Below are positions 1 to 7,871 of a DNA stretch of 32,000 nt, in pieces. A model generated the notes under the pieces. It had not been told where the DNA came from and searched no databases. It saw only the letters and a program-made list of their open reading frames with translations. The position numbers and the translations under genes are program-made. Position 1 is the first letter of the stretch. Each line of letters starts with the position of its first letter. The stretch lies in assembly GCF_000734015.1 (NCBI RefSeq), contig NZ_CP008796.1, positions 1,500,001 to 1,532,000 on the forward strand, written 5' to 3'. Source of the stretch: Thermodesulfobacterium commune DSM 2178. Its GTDB lineage: Bacteria > Desulfobacterota > Thermodesulfobacteria > Thermodesulfobacteriales > Thermodesulfobacteriaceae.

Positions 1-75
1 AACACTATGACCAAAGACTTTGAAAAATTTTTCTATATAAACAAAAAAATACACTTTTCAAACAAAATCCAAAAG

Positions 76-103
76 TTGCCAAAAACTAAAAAAGAAGTAT
101 ACT
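76..103 (+). promoter_or_regulatory. candidate sigma70-type promoter upstream of trpB
   Basis: TTGCCA (76-81), 16-nt spacer, TATACT (98-103), in an A-rich stretch. It would leave only a very short leader before ATG 115. Confidence 0.3.
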
Positions 104-114
104 ATCAAACCAAG

Positions 115-1305
115 ATGAAGATTCCTAACCGGAAAGGATATTTTGGGAAGTTTGGAGGAAGGTTTGTCCCTGAGACCTTAATTCCCCTTCTTTACGACCT
201 GGAAAAGGCTTATCTTAAAGTAAAAAAAGATCCCTCTTTTTGGAAAGAATGGCAATACCTTCTTAAGGAATATGCCGGGAGACCAACCCCTCTATATTTT
301 GCCCAAAATCTTTCCTCTTACCTTGGGAAAAAGATCAAAATCTACTTAAAAAGAGAAGACCTTCTTCATACCGGAGCCCACAAAATCAACAACACCATCG
401 GTCAGGTTCTTCTGGCTAAGAGGATGGGTAAAAACCGGATCATTGCTGAAACAGGAGCAGGACAGCACGGGGTAGCTACAGCCACTGCCTGTGCGCTTTT
501 AGGCCTAAATTGTGTGGTCTACATGGGGGCTAAAGACACTGAAAGGCAAAAATTAAACGTCTTCAGGATGAAGCTTTTAGGAGCAGAAGTAGTCCCTGTC
601 TATTCTGGTACTCAAACCTTAAAAGACGCCATAAACGAAGCCCTGAGAGATTGGGTTACTAACGTAACCTCTACTTTATACGTAATCGGCTCAGTGGTAG
701 GGCCTCATCCTTACCCTATGATGGTAAGAGATTTCCAAAGTATTATCGGGCTTGAGATAAAAAAACAGATCCTAAAAAAAGAAGGACGTCTCCCTGATTT
801 AGTGCTTGCCTGTGTAGGAGGAGGCTCCAATGCCATGGGGACTTTTTATCCCTTTAGGCAGGACCTTCAGGTAAGACTTGTCGGGGTTGAAGCCGCAGGA
901 GAAGGCTTACATACAGACCATCATTCAGCTACCTTAGCCGTAGGAGAACCTGGGGTCTTACATGGGATGCTTACCTATCTACTTCAAGATAGGGTAGGGC
1001 AGATAAAAGGAGCTCACTCTATAGCCCCTGGGCTTGATTATCCAGGGGTAGGGCCTGAACATGCCTATTTTAAAGACTCAGGCCGGGCTGAGTATGTGTC
1101 AGTTACCGATGAGGAAGCCCTTGAGGCCTTTCAATTACTTTCTGAAAAAGAAGGCATCATCCCTGCGTTAGAGTCTGCCCATGCAGTAGCTTATCTTTTA
1201 AAAATTGCTAAAGACCTCCCTAAAGACACCATCGTGGTGATAACCCTTTCTGGAAGAGGAGATAAAGACGTTGCCTCTGTAAGAGAATACTTGGAAGGGA
1301 ACTAA
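115..1305 (+). CDS. trpB: tryptophan synthase beta subunit
   Basis: ORF 7..1305. The conserved TrpB N-terminus ([15 protein letters not shown]) starts just after the internal ATG at 115. HTGAHKINN (PLP lysine) and GGGSNAMG motifs are present. The 36 upstream codons are K-rich low complexity, so 115 is the preferred start. Confidence 0.93.
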   Translation: MKIPNRKGYFGKFGGRFVPETLIPLLYDLEKAYLKVKKDPSFWKEWQYLLKEYAGRPTPLYFAQNLSSYLGKKIKIYLKREDLLHTGAHKINNTIGQVLLAKRMGKNRIIAETGAGQHGVATATACALLGLNCVVYMGAKDTERQKLNVFRMKLLGAEVVPVYSGTQTLKDAINEALRDWVTNVTSTLYVIGSVVGPHPYPMMVRDFQSIIGLEIKKQILKKEGRLPDLVLACVGGGSNAMGTFYPFRQDLQVRLVGVEAAGEGLHTDHHSATLAVGEPGVLHGMLTYLLQDRVGQIKGAHSIAPGLDYPGVGPEHAYFKDSGRAEYVSVTDEEALEAFQLLSEKEGIIPALESAHAVAYLLKIAKDLPKDTIVVITLSGRGDKDVASVREYLEGN

Positions 1306-1310
1306 GCTTG

Positions 1311-2114
1311 ATGGAAAAAAACGCCTCTTTGATAAAAAAGGCTATAAACACCATTAAATCTAAAGGTGATGTAGCTGTCATTCCTTATATCTGCTGCTGG
1401 GACCCTGACCTTGAAACCACAGAGGCTATCCTCTGGGAATTGGCTGAGGTTGAACCCGCCTGTATCGAGTTAGGTTTCCCTTTTTCCGACCCTGTTGCAG
1501 ATGGTCCAACCATCCAAAAAGCTATCGTGAGAGCCCTTGAACATCAACCTACCTTTGAAGCCTATTTTGAATTTATCTCAAGACTAAATCAAAAAGGATT
1601 CCCTTATCCTATTGTTTGCATGACCTACTATAACATCATCTACCGGTTCGGTTTGGAAAAAACCGTAGAACATGCTTTACAATCAGGTCTTGCTGGCTTT
1701 ATCATCCCGGACTTACCTATAGAAGAAGCCCAACCCTGGATAAAGGCAAACCAAAACTCAGGTCTTGCCACCATCTTTCTTGCAACCCCTACCTCCTCTG
1801 AAGATCGCATCCAAAAAATTGTTAAACACACCAAAGGATTTCTTTACTACGTTTCTATTACAGGTATAACAGGAGCCCGAGACTCTCTACCAGAAGACTT
1901 AGCAGATCGACTAAAAATCACTAAAAATCTTTGCGGAAATAATCTCCCTTTAGCCGTTGGGTTTGGCATCTCAAAAAAAGAACAAATAAAGCTTCTCTAT
2001 CCTTACGCAGACGCCTTTATCATAGGTAGTGCCATAGTAAAAATCATAGAAGAAAAGGGGAAAAACTCACCTAAGGAAATAAAAACCTTCTTGAAAAACC
2101 TTAAAAATCTGTAA
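1311..2114 (+). CDS. trpA: tryptophan synthase alpha subunit
   Basis: ELGFPFSDPVADGPTIQ and GFGIS motifs typical of TrpA. ATG 1311 (or TTG 1308) lies a few nt after the trpB stop. Confidence 0.92.
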   Translation: MEKNASLIKKAINTIKSKGDVAVIPYICCWDPDLETTEAILWELAEVEPACIELGFPFSDPVADGPTIQKAIVRALEHQPTFEAYFEFISRLNQKGFPYPIVCMTYYNIIYRFGLEKTVEHALQSGLAGFIIPDLPIEEAQPWIKANQNSGLATIFLATPTSSEDRIQKIVKHTKGFLYYVSITGITGARDSLPEDLADRLKITKNLCGNNLPLAVGFGISKKEQIKLLYPYADAFIIGSAIVKIIEEKGKNSPKEIKTFLKNLKNL

Positions 2115-2115
2115 C

Positions 2116-3195
2116 ATGTCTGTAATTACTGTTAAAACTAAGCCATCTTACCAGATATTGATCAAACCTCATATCTTTGATGAAATAGCCGAAGACCTAA
2201 AAGCCTCTTTTAACTTTGGCAAAGTAGCTATTATAACCGATGACACGGTAAAAACTCTTTACGGAGAAAAGCTTTCATTACAGTTAAATACCTCTGGAAT
2301 CAAGGCTGAAATTTTCTCTTTTCCTCCTGGAGAAGGGTCTAAAACCATAGACACGGTGATCTCTTTAGCCCGAAGTCTTATTCAAAAAAGGTTTGACAGA
2401 AAAGACCTTTTGATTGCTCTTGGAGGTGGGGTAGTAGGAGACATCACAGGGTTTCTGGCAAGCATCTACCTGAGAGGGGTAAAATATGTACAGGTCCCAA
2501 CCACCCTTCTTTCCCAGGTAGACTCTTCTGTCGGAGGAAAAACCGGGGTTGACCTGCCAGAAGGCAAAAACCTTATCGGCACCTTTTACCAACCAAGCAG
2601 GGTTTACATCGATCCCATGGTTTTAAAAACCTTACCTAAAAATGAAATCCAAAACGGACTTGCTGAGGTAATAAAGTATGGCTGTATCCTAAAAAATAAG
2701 TTGTTTACTTTTATCTCTCAAAAAGGAGAAGAGCTTTTTCAACTAAACCCTGAAGACCTTCAATACCTTATCTATGAAAGCTGTAAAATTAAAGCTTATG
2801 TAGTTTCCAAAGATGAAAAAGAAGCAGGACTAAGAAAAGTTCTAAACTTTGGGCACACCATCGGACATGCCCTGGAAACTGAATTAAACTATTCTATTCC
2901 TCATGGGCTGGCAGTAGCCTTAGGGATGCTTGCCGAGGCAAAACTTTCAGAAAAACTTGGGGTTGCAGAAAAAGAGGTTTTTTCTCCTTTAAAAAATATT
3001 TTAGCGAATCTTTCCTATCCTCTCAGCCTTCCTTCTAATCTATCTCCTCAACAAGTGTTAAAACACCTTTCAAAAGATAAGAAGGTTTTTCAGGGGAAAC
3101 TGACTATAGTGCTTCTTAAGCGTATAGGAAAATATTGCTTCTATGAAGACCCTCCTACCAAAAAAATCCTTGAAACTTTAGAAGAATTAAGATAA
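2116..3195 (+). CDS. aroB: 3-dehydroquinate synthase
   Basis: GGGVVGDITGF nucleotide-binding loop, VDSSVGGKTG, and NFGHTIGHALE metal-binding motif. The ATG starts 1 nt after the trpA stop. Confidence 0.9.
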   Translation: MSVITVKTKPSYQILIKPHIFDEIAEDLKASFNFGKVAIITDDTVKTLYGEKLSLQLNTSGIKAEIFSFPPGEGSKTIDTVISLARSLIQKRFDRKDLLIALGGGVVGDITGFLASIYLRGVKYVQVPTTLLSQVDSSVGGKTGVDLPEGKNLIGTFYQPSRVYIDPMVLKTLPKNEIQNGLAEVIKYGCILKNKLFTFISQKGEELFQLNPEDLQYLIYESCKIKAYVVSKDEKEAGLRKVLNFGHTIGHALETELNYSIPHGLAVALGMLAEAKLSEKLGVAEKEVFSPLKNILANLSYPLSLPSNLSPQQVLKHLSKDKKVFQGKLTIVLLKRIGKYCFYEDPPTKKILETLEELR

Positions 3196-3252
3196 AATTG
3201 TAAAATATATTAATAGTAGTATTATCGTATAATTAAACATACGAGGTTTTTT

Positions 3253-4110
3253 ATGAGTATCGAAAGACTTGAGTCTGAAAAAGAGGGAATAAGTTTTTAC
3301 AAACTTTGTGCTTCAGGAAACGACTTTATCGTTATTTTAAACTTTAGTGGTGAGATCTCTCCAGAAGAAGGGAGAGAACTTGCCAAAAAACTCTGTCGTC
3401 CCAAATTTTCTGTATCAGCAGATGGTCTTATCTTGCTTGAAAAATCATCAAATCCACAAGCTAAGTTTGCCTGGAGGTTTTTTAACTCTGACGGAAGCGA
3501 AGCCGAAATGTGCGGAAACGGTGCAAGATGTGTAGCAAGGCTTGTTACAGAACTTGGACTTTTCGAAAGCCCTTTTTATTTTGAAACCAAAGCAGGACTA
3601 ATCTATGCTGAGGTTAAAGGGAAACGGGTAAAGGTTGCCCTTACTTCTCCTAAAGATTTAAAGCTCAACCTGGTTTTACGTACAGACTATGATTGGTTTT
3701 TAGCCCACTTTGTAAACACCGGTGTTCCTCATACAGTTATCTTCTGGGAGGACATAGAAAACGCACCGGTAACCAAGATAGGGCCTAAAATAAGATACCA
3801 CGAAGCCTTTAGTCCAGCAGGAACCAACGTTAACTTTATAAACATCGTAGAAAAAGACGGTCAGAAAATTATCCAAATAAGGACTTATGAAAGAGGGGTC
3901 GAAGGAGAAACACTTGCTTGTGGGACCGGTTCTGCAGCTTCAGCATATATAGCCTATAAACTTGGTCTGGTAAACTCTCCGGTAAACGTTCTTACCAGAG
4001 GTGGAGAGCTTTTAACCATTTACATTGAAGAAAATGAGAATAAAATCTACTTAGAAGGAGATACCCTTTTGGTGTTTAAAGGGACAATTTTCGAAGACGC
4101 TTTAAAATAA
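3253..4110 (+). CDS. dapF: diaminopimelate epimerase
   Basis: Both catalytic-cysteine motifs are present (MCGNGARC and ACGTGSAAS). Length of 285 aa fits. Confidence 0.9.
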   Translation: MSIERLESEKEGISFYKLCASGNDFIVILNFSGEISPEEGRELAKKLCRPKFSVSADGLILLEKSSNPQAKFAWRFFNSDGSEAEMCGNGARCVARLVTELGLFESPFYFETKAGLIYAEVKGKRVKVALTSPKDLKLNLVLRTDYDWFLAHFVNTGVPHTVIFWEDIENAPVTKIGPKIRYHEAFSPAGTNVNFINIVEKDGQKIIQIRTYERGVEGETLACGTGSAASAYIAYKLGLVNSPVNVLTRGGELLTIYIEENENKIYLEGDTLLVFKGTIFEDALK

Positions 4111-4128
4111 ATAAGGAGGGCATTAAAA

Positions 4129-5010
4129 ATGAACCTGCAGGGCTCTATAGTAGCCTTAGTTACCCCTTTTAAAGATGGAAAGGTAGATGAAACTTCTTTG
4201 AGAGGATTAATTCGCTGGCACCTTCAACAAGGCACAGACGGAATTCTTGTCCTTGGAACAACCGGAGAAGCCGCAACCTTGGAAAAAGAAGAGAGAAAAA
4301 GGGTTATGGAAATAGCCCTTGAAGAGGCCAAAGGTAAGGTACCTCTTATCGTTGGTACAGGAACAAACAACACAGCAAGAGTTCTTGAATATACAAAACT
4401 TGCCGAAGAGATGGGGTTTGATGCAGCCCTTATCGTTACTCCTTATTACAACAAACCAACCCAAAATGGCCTTTACGCTCACTATAGCTACATCGCTAAA
4501 CAAACCAAAATACCTATCATCTTATATAATGTGCCTGGCAGAACCTCGGTAAACATGCTCCCTGATACCACCGCCAAATTGGCAGAAATAGAAAACATCA
4601 TCGCCATCAAAGAAGCCTGTGGGGATATAAAGCAGGTTACCGAACTTTTGATGAGATGTCCAAAAGATTTTATAGTGCTTTCAGGGGATGACTTTACTGC
4701 CCTGGCTACGGTATTTTTAGGAGGAAAAGGGGTAATTTCTGTGGTTGCCAACGTAACCCCTAAGGAAATGGCAGCCCTTATGCGTTATGCCCTAAGCGGG
4801 GATATTGCCAAGGCCAACGAACTAAACCTTTACCTTTATCCGTTATACAAGGCTATGTTCATAGAAACCAACCCTGCACCTGCTAAACATGCCCTTTGGC
4901 TCATGGGAAAGATTGAAACCCCTGAGGTAAGACTACCTCTTGCTGGGTTAACAGAAAGTTCAGCAGAACAATTAAAGAAACTGTTACAAGAAAAATATAA
5001 ACTTATCTAA
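4129..5010 (+). CDS. dapA: 4-hydroxy-tetrahydrodipicolinate synthase
   Basis: GTTGE motif, YNVPGRT, and active-site lysine context AIKEA. A strong AAGGAGGG RBS precedes the ATG. Confidence 0.92.
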   Translation: MNLQGSIVALVTPFKDGKVDETSLRGLIRWHLQQGTDGILVLGTTGEAATLEKEERKRVMEIALEEAKGKVPLIVGTGTNNTARVLEYTKLAEEMGFDAALIVTPYYNKPTQNGLYAHYSYIAKQTKIPIILYNVPGRTSVNMLPDTTAKLAEIENIIAIKEACGDIKQVTELLMRCPKDFIVLSGDDFTALATVFLGGKGVISVVANVTPKEMAALMRYALSGDIAKANELNLYLYPLYKAMFIETNPAPAKHALWLMGKIETPEVRLPLAGLTESSAEQLKKLLQEKYKLI

Positions 5011-5019
5011 CCCCCCTAT

Positions 5020-5068
5020 CAGGGCCAAATGTTCCACGTGGAACATTTGGCCCTGACTGTTTTTTTTT
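5020..5068 (+). terminator. rho-independent terminator candidate after dapA
   Basis: Perfect 36-bp palindrome 5020-5055 (CAGGGCCAAATGTTCCAC / GTGGAACATTTGGCCCTG), followed after 3 nt by a T-rich run (GTTTTTTTTT, 5059-5068). Confidence 0.7.
5030..5045. other. parS-type ParB-binding palindrome, copy 1
   Basis: TGTTCCACGTGGAACA. It matches 15 of 16 positions of the B. subtilis parS TGTTCCACGTGAAACA and is a perfect palindrome. Confidence 0.6.
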
Positions 5069-5349
5069 GAAGTTCAGGCTCAAAATAACTATATGGATTC
5101 ATATCCATCTAAAGGTTTTATGGCAAAAATTAAAATCACTCAGCAAAGGCATAAAAAGCTTCTAAGGTAAAGGGAAAAAACTGAAAAATTCCAAGACTCA
5201 ATTTCTAATTTTGGCATGTTTTCTCCATACATGTGAAGAAATTACAAAGTCTCACCAAATTATTTGTTAATAGGCTTTAAGCTTTTCAAAAGACAAAGTA
5301 GATGGTAATATAATAAAAAACAACTCTTTTAGTGCGGCAGGAGGGGCAA

Positions 5350-5982
5350 ATGAAAGTAATTGCCTTTAACGGAAGTCCAAGGAAGCAGGGAAACACCCAA
5401 AAAGTGCTTGAACTCTTGGCAGACGAGCTAACTTCTCAAGGGATAAAAACCGAGATCATTCAGGTTGGAGATAAAGCCATCAGAGGATGTCTTGCCTGTT
5501 ATACCTGCAGGAAAAAACAGAACGAAAGGTGTGCTATAGAGGATGAGGTAAACGATTGGATTCAGATGATGAAAAAGGCTGACGGGATAGTTTTGGCATC
5601 TCCTGTTTATTTTTCTGGGATAGCAGGGACGATGAAATGTTTTTTAGATCGAGCTTTTTTAGTTTCTGCGGTAAACGGGAATCTTTTTAGGCACAAGGTT
5701 GGGGCTGCTATCGCAGTATGTAGAAGGGCAGGTGGTGTTGCCACCTACGACCAACTTTTACATTACCTAACTTATGCAGAAATGGTTGTGGCTACCTCTA
5801 ACTACTGGAACGGAGTATTTGGGCTCAGTCCTGGAGAGGTTTTACAAGACGAGGAAGGAAAACAAATAGTAAGGATTTTAGCTAAAAATTTAGCCTGGTT
5901 ACTAAAGACTACCCAAGGGAAAAGGGCGAAAAGCTTAAGTCCAGAAATAGAGCCCAAAATATTTACCAATTTTATAAGATAA
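5350..5982 (+). CDS. iron-sulfur flavoprotein (Isf-like, NADPH-dependent FMN reductase fold)
   Basis: MKVIAFNGSPRKQGNT flavodoxin-like N-terminus and a compact cysteine cluster CLACYTCRKKQNERC (CX2CX2CX7C), as in Isf proteins. The GGAGGGG RBS supports ATG 5350 over GTG 5332. Confidence 0.75.
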   Translation: MKVIAFNGSPRKQGNTQKVLELLADELTSQGIKTEIIQVGDKAIRGCLACYTCRKKQNERCAIEDEVNDWIQMMKKADGIVLASPVYFSGIAGTMKCFLDRAFLVSAVNGNLFRHKVGAAIAVCRRAGGVATYDQLLHYLTYAEMVVATSNYWNGVFGLSPGEVLQDEEGKQIVRILAKNLAWLLKTTQGKRAKSLSPEIEPKIFTNFIR

Positions 5983-5998
5983 TTTTTCTTAAAAAGAG

Positions 5999-6682
5999 GT
6001 GTTCCACGTGGAACACAAGGTTTCTCAAAACGAAGATTTAAAATCTTTCTTAAAAAGTACCTTCTATTTTAATCGGCTGTCTGAAGATGACCTCTCTAAA
6101 CTTAGTGAAATCGCTATGGTCAAAAAATTTTCCAAAAAAGAACATATCTTTGCTGAAGGAGACAGAGCTACCGGATTTTATCTGGTAAAAGACGGCTGGA
6201 TAAAAATTTACAAACTTTCTCCAGAAGGCAAGGAAATGGTAGTACATATCTTTGGATCTGGGGAAATTTTCGGAGAAATAGTATTGGCTGGGGTGGGAGA
6301 ATATCCTGCCTGGGCACAGGCTCTTACAGAAACCGAAGTAATATTTTTTGAAAAGAACCTTTTTAAAAGCTTGATCGGAAGATCACCAGATTTATGCCTT
6401 ACTCTTTTATCTGCCTTTGCCTTCAAAATAAAAGACTTGCTCCATAGCCTTGAGAATATAACTTTAAAAGATGCTAAAGAGAGACTCCTAAAGTTTCTTT
6501 ATCACGCTGCCAAGGCTTCTCCAGAAAGACTTATAAAACTTGAAATCCCTAAATCTCAATTAGCTTTGCTTTTAGGTATTACCCCAGAAACTTTTTCAAG
6601 GCTTTTAAAGAAACTTGAGGAAGATGGATTTATTAAGGTTGATGGCAAGCAAATCTGGGTTAATGATAGAGTTTTAACCTAA
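5999..6682 (+). CDS. Crp/Fnr-family transcriptional regulator
   Basis: N-terminal cNMP-binding-like beta-roll (IFAEGD..GFYLV..G..K, FGE) and C-terminal HTH (SQLALLLGITPETFSRLLKKLEEDGFI). There is no FNR-type N-terminal Cys cluster. The true start may be the in-frame GTG at 6008, 6 nt after AGAGGTG. Confidence 0.85.
   Translation: MFHVEHKVSQNEDLKSFLKSTFYFNRLSEDDLSKLSEIAMVKKFSKKEHIFAEGDRATGFYLVKDGWIKIYKLSPEGKEMVVHIFGSGEIFGEIVLAGVGEYPAWAQALTETEVIFFEKNLFKSLIGRSPDLCLTLLSAFAFKIKDLLHSLENITLKDAKERLLKFLYHAAKASPERLIKLEIPKSQLALLLGITPETFSRLLKKLEEDGFIKVDGKQIWVNDRVLT
6000..6015. other. parS-type ParB-binding palindrome, copy 2
   Basis: Identical 16-mer TGTTCCACGTGGAACA, overlapping the RBS and start of the Crp/Fnr-family gene. 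Confidence 0.6.
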
Positions 6683-6748
6683 CTAAACCTAGTTTAAGTT
6701 TAAACATGCAACAGCTTTACCTTATACAAAAAAGGAGGGGACATCTTG

Positions 6749-7174
6749 ATGAAAATAGCCTTTATCTGTACAGGAAACTCTGCAAGAAGTCAGATGGCTG
6801 AAGGTTATGCTAAACATTTTGCAAATCTTTATAAGCTGAATATAGAAGTATACTCAGCTGGTTCAAACCCTGCTTCAAGTATAAACCCCTTAGCCATAAA
6901 GGTTATGGCTGAAGAAGGGATAGATCTATCTTCTCAAAGGCCCAAATCTTTTCAGGAAATCCCGTTTGATCAGATCAATATAGTTATAACCCTTTGTGGA
7001 GACGCTAAAGAAACCTGCCCTTATGTTCCTGCCCAGAAAAGAGAACACTGGGGACTTCCTGACCCTGCTAAAGCTGAAGGAACTGAAGAAGAAAGATTAA
7101 AAATTTTTCGCAAGGTCAGAGATGAAATAAAAGAAAAAGTTAAAAAACTTATCCTTTCCCTTAAAAACCCATAA
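6749..7174 (+). CDS. arsC: arsenate reductase, thioredoxin-coupled LMW-PTPase type
   Basis: CTGNSARS P-loop plus the downstream cysteine pair in LCGDAKETCP, matching the Cys10/82/89 pattern of pI258-type ArsC. AAGGAGGGG RBS. Confidence 0.85.
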   Translation: MKIAFICTGNSARSQMAEGYAKHFANLYKLNIEVYSAGSNPASSINPLAIKVMAEEGIDLSSQRPKSFQEIPFDQINIVITLCGDAKETCPYVPAQKREHWGLPDPAKAEGTEEERLKIFRKVRDEIKEKVKKLILSLKNP

Positions 7175-7290
7175 ACTTCATCTATCCCTAATTTTTATAA
7201 AAATTTAAAAACCTTTTAACATAGTTTTAACCTTTCTCTTTTATCTTTCTTATTAACAAAATAACCCAAAACATCACAAGGAGGTGACTT

Positions 7291-7857
7291 ATGAACCAGG
7301 AGTTTTTTATAAGCCTAATTAGAAGTTGTATAAAAGATTGGGGACTAAAAGTTTTTGATAAATCTCCTGTTTTGACAGAATTTTTTAACTATCAAAAAGT
7401 AGCGAACCTAAAAGATTTTTCTTACAAAGGGTGGTATGAAAACGATCTCTTAGGGCTAATTATGGTGATAACTGCTGAAAAAAAACTAGTAATCCAGTAT
7501 GCCAAAAAGGTATATCCCCATTTTATGATAGACTTTAACCTACTTAAAAACTTAGACCCATTCTGTTTAAAGTCTTTTCAAGAACTCATTCAGGAATTAA
7601 CCCAAAAGGTATTAGATAGATTAAATCAAAAGAACCTAAAATTTTGTATTAAAACTCAAGAATTTTTCAGGTCTTCTAATTTATCTCAAAGTTTTTCTGG
7701 AATGTTAAATCTTTCCTTTAGTTATAGAATACCTCCCATAGGAGATTTAAGTTTTTATTTAATAAGTGGTCCCAAGGAATATCTTGCTAAGAGAAACTTA
7801 GATTCAGGATATTTAAACTCTTTTTATAATCCTCAAAAGGCCTACTTGGTTGCCTAA
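7291..7857 (+). CDS. hypothetical protein, weakly CheX/CheC-like in layout
   Basis: 188-aa ORF with an AGGAGGTGA RBS and no recognisable motif. The N-terminal helix plus the central region loosely resemble CheX-type proteins. It sits 14 nt upstream of the GGDEF gene. Confidence 0.6.
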   Translation: MNQEFFISLIRSCIKDWGLKVFDKSPVLTEFFNYQKVANLKDFSYKGWYENDLLGLIMVITAEKKLVIQYAKKVYPHFMIDFNLLKNLDPFCLKSFQELIQELTQKVLDRLNQKNLKFCIKTQEFFRSSNLSQSFSGMLNLSFSYRIPPIGDLSFYLISGPKEYLAKRNLDSGYLNSFYNPQKAYLVA

Positions 7858-7871
7858 ACATATCTATAACT

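Noticed and set aside
7-114. 36-codon N-terminal extension of trpB from the ORF-track start
   Set aside because: It is K/N/F-rich low complexity with no counterpart in TrpB proteins. The conserved N-terminus begins right after ATG 115, and the stretch contains promoter-like hexamers.
5118-5168. 16-codon basic mini-ORF (MAKIKITQQRHKKLLR) in the 290-bp spacer between the dapA terminator and the flavoprotein gene
   Set aside because: It has no RBS and no recognisable family, and it is too short to support from sequence alone. The function of the spacer remains unassigned.
5030-6015. The TGTTC-N6-GAACA palindromes read as operators of the adjacent Crp/Fnr-family regulator (same 5-N6-5 geometry as TGTGA-N6-TCACA)
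   Set aside because: The 15/16 identity to the canonical parS site is a much more specific match than shared spacing with CRP boxes. One copy sits in a terminator about 300 bp from the nearest start codon. The operator reading is not excluded for the copy at 6000, but it is the weaker hypothesis.
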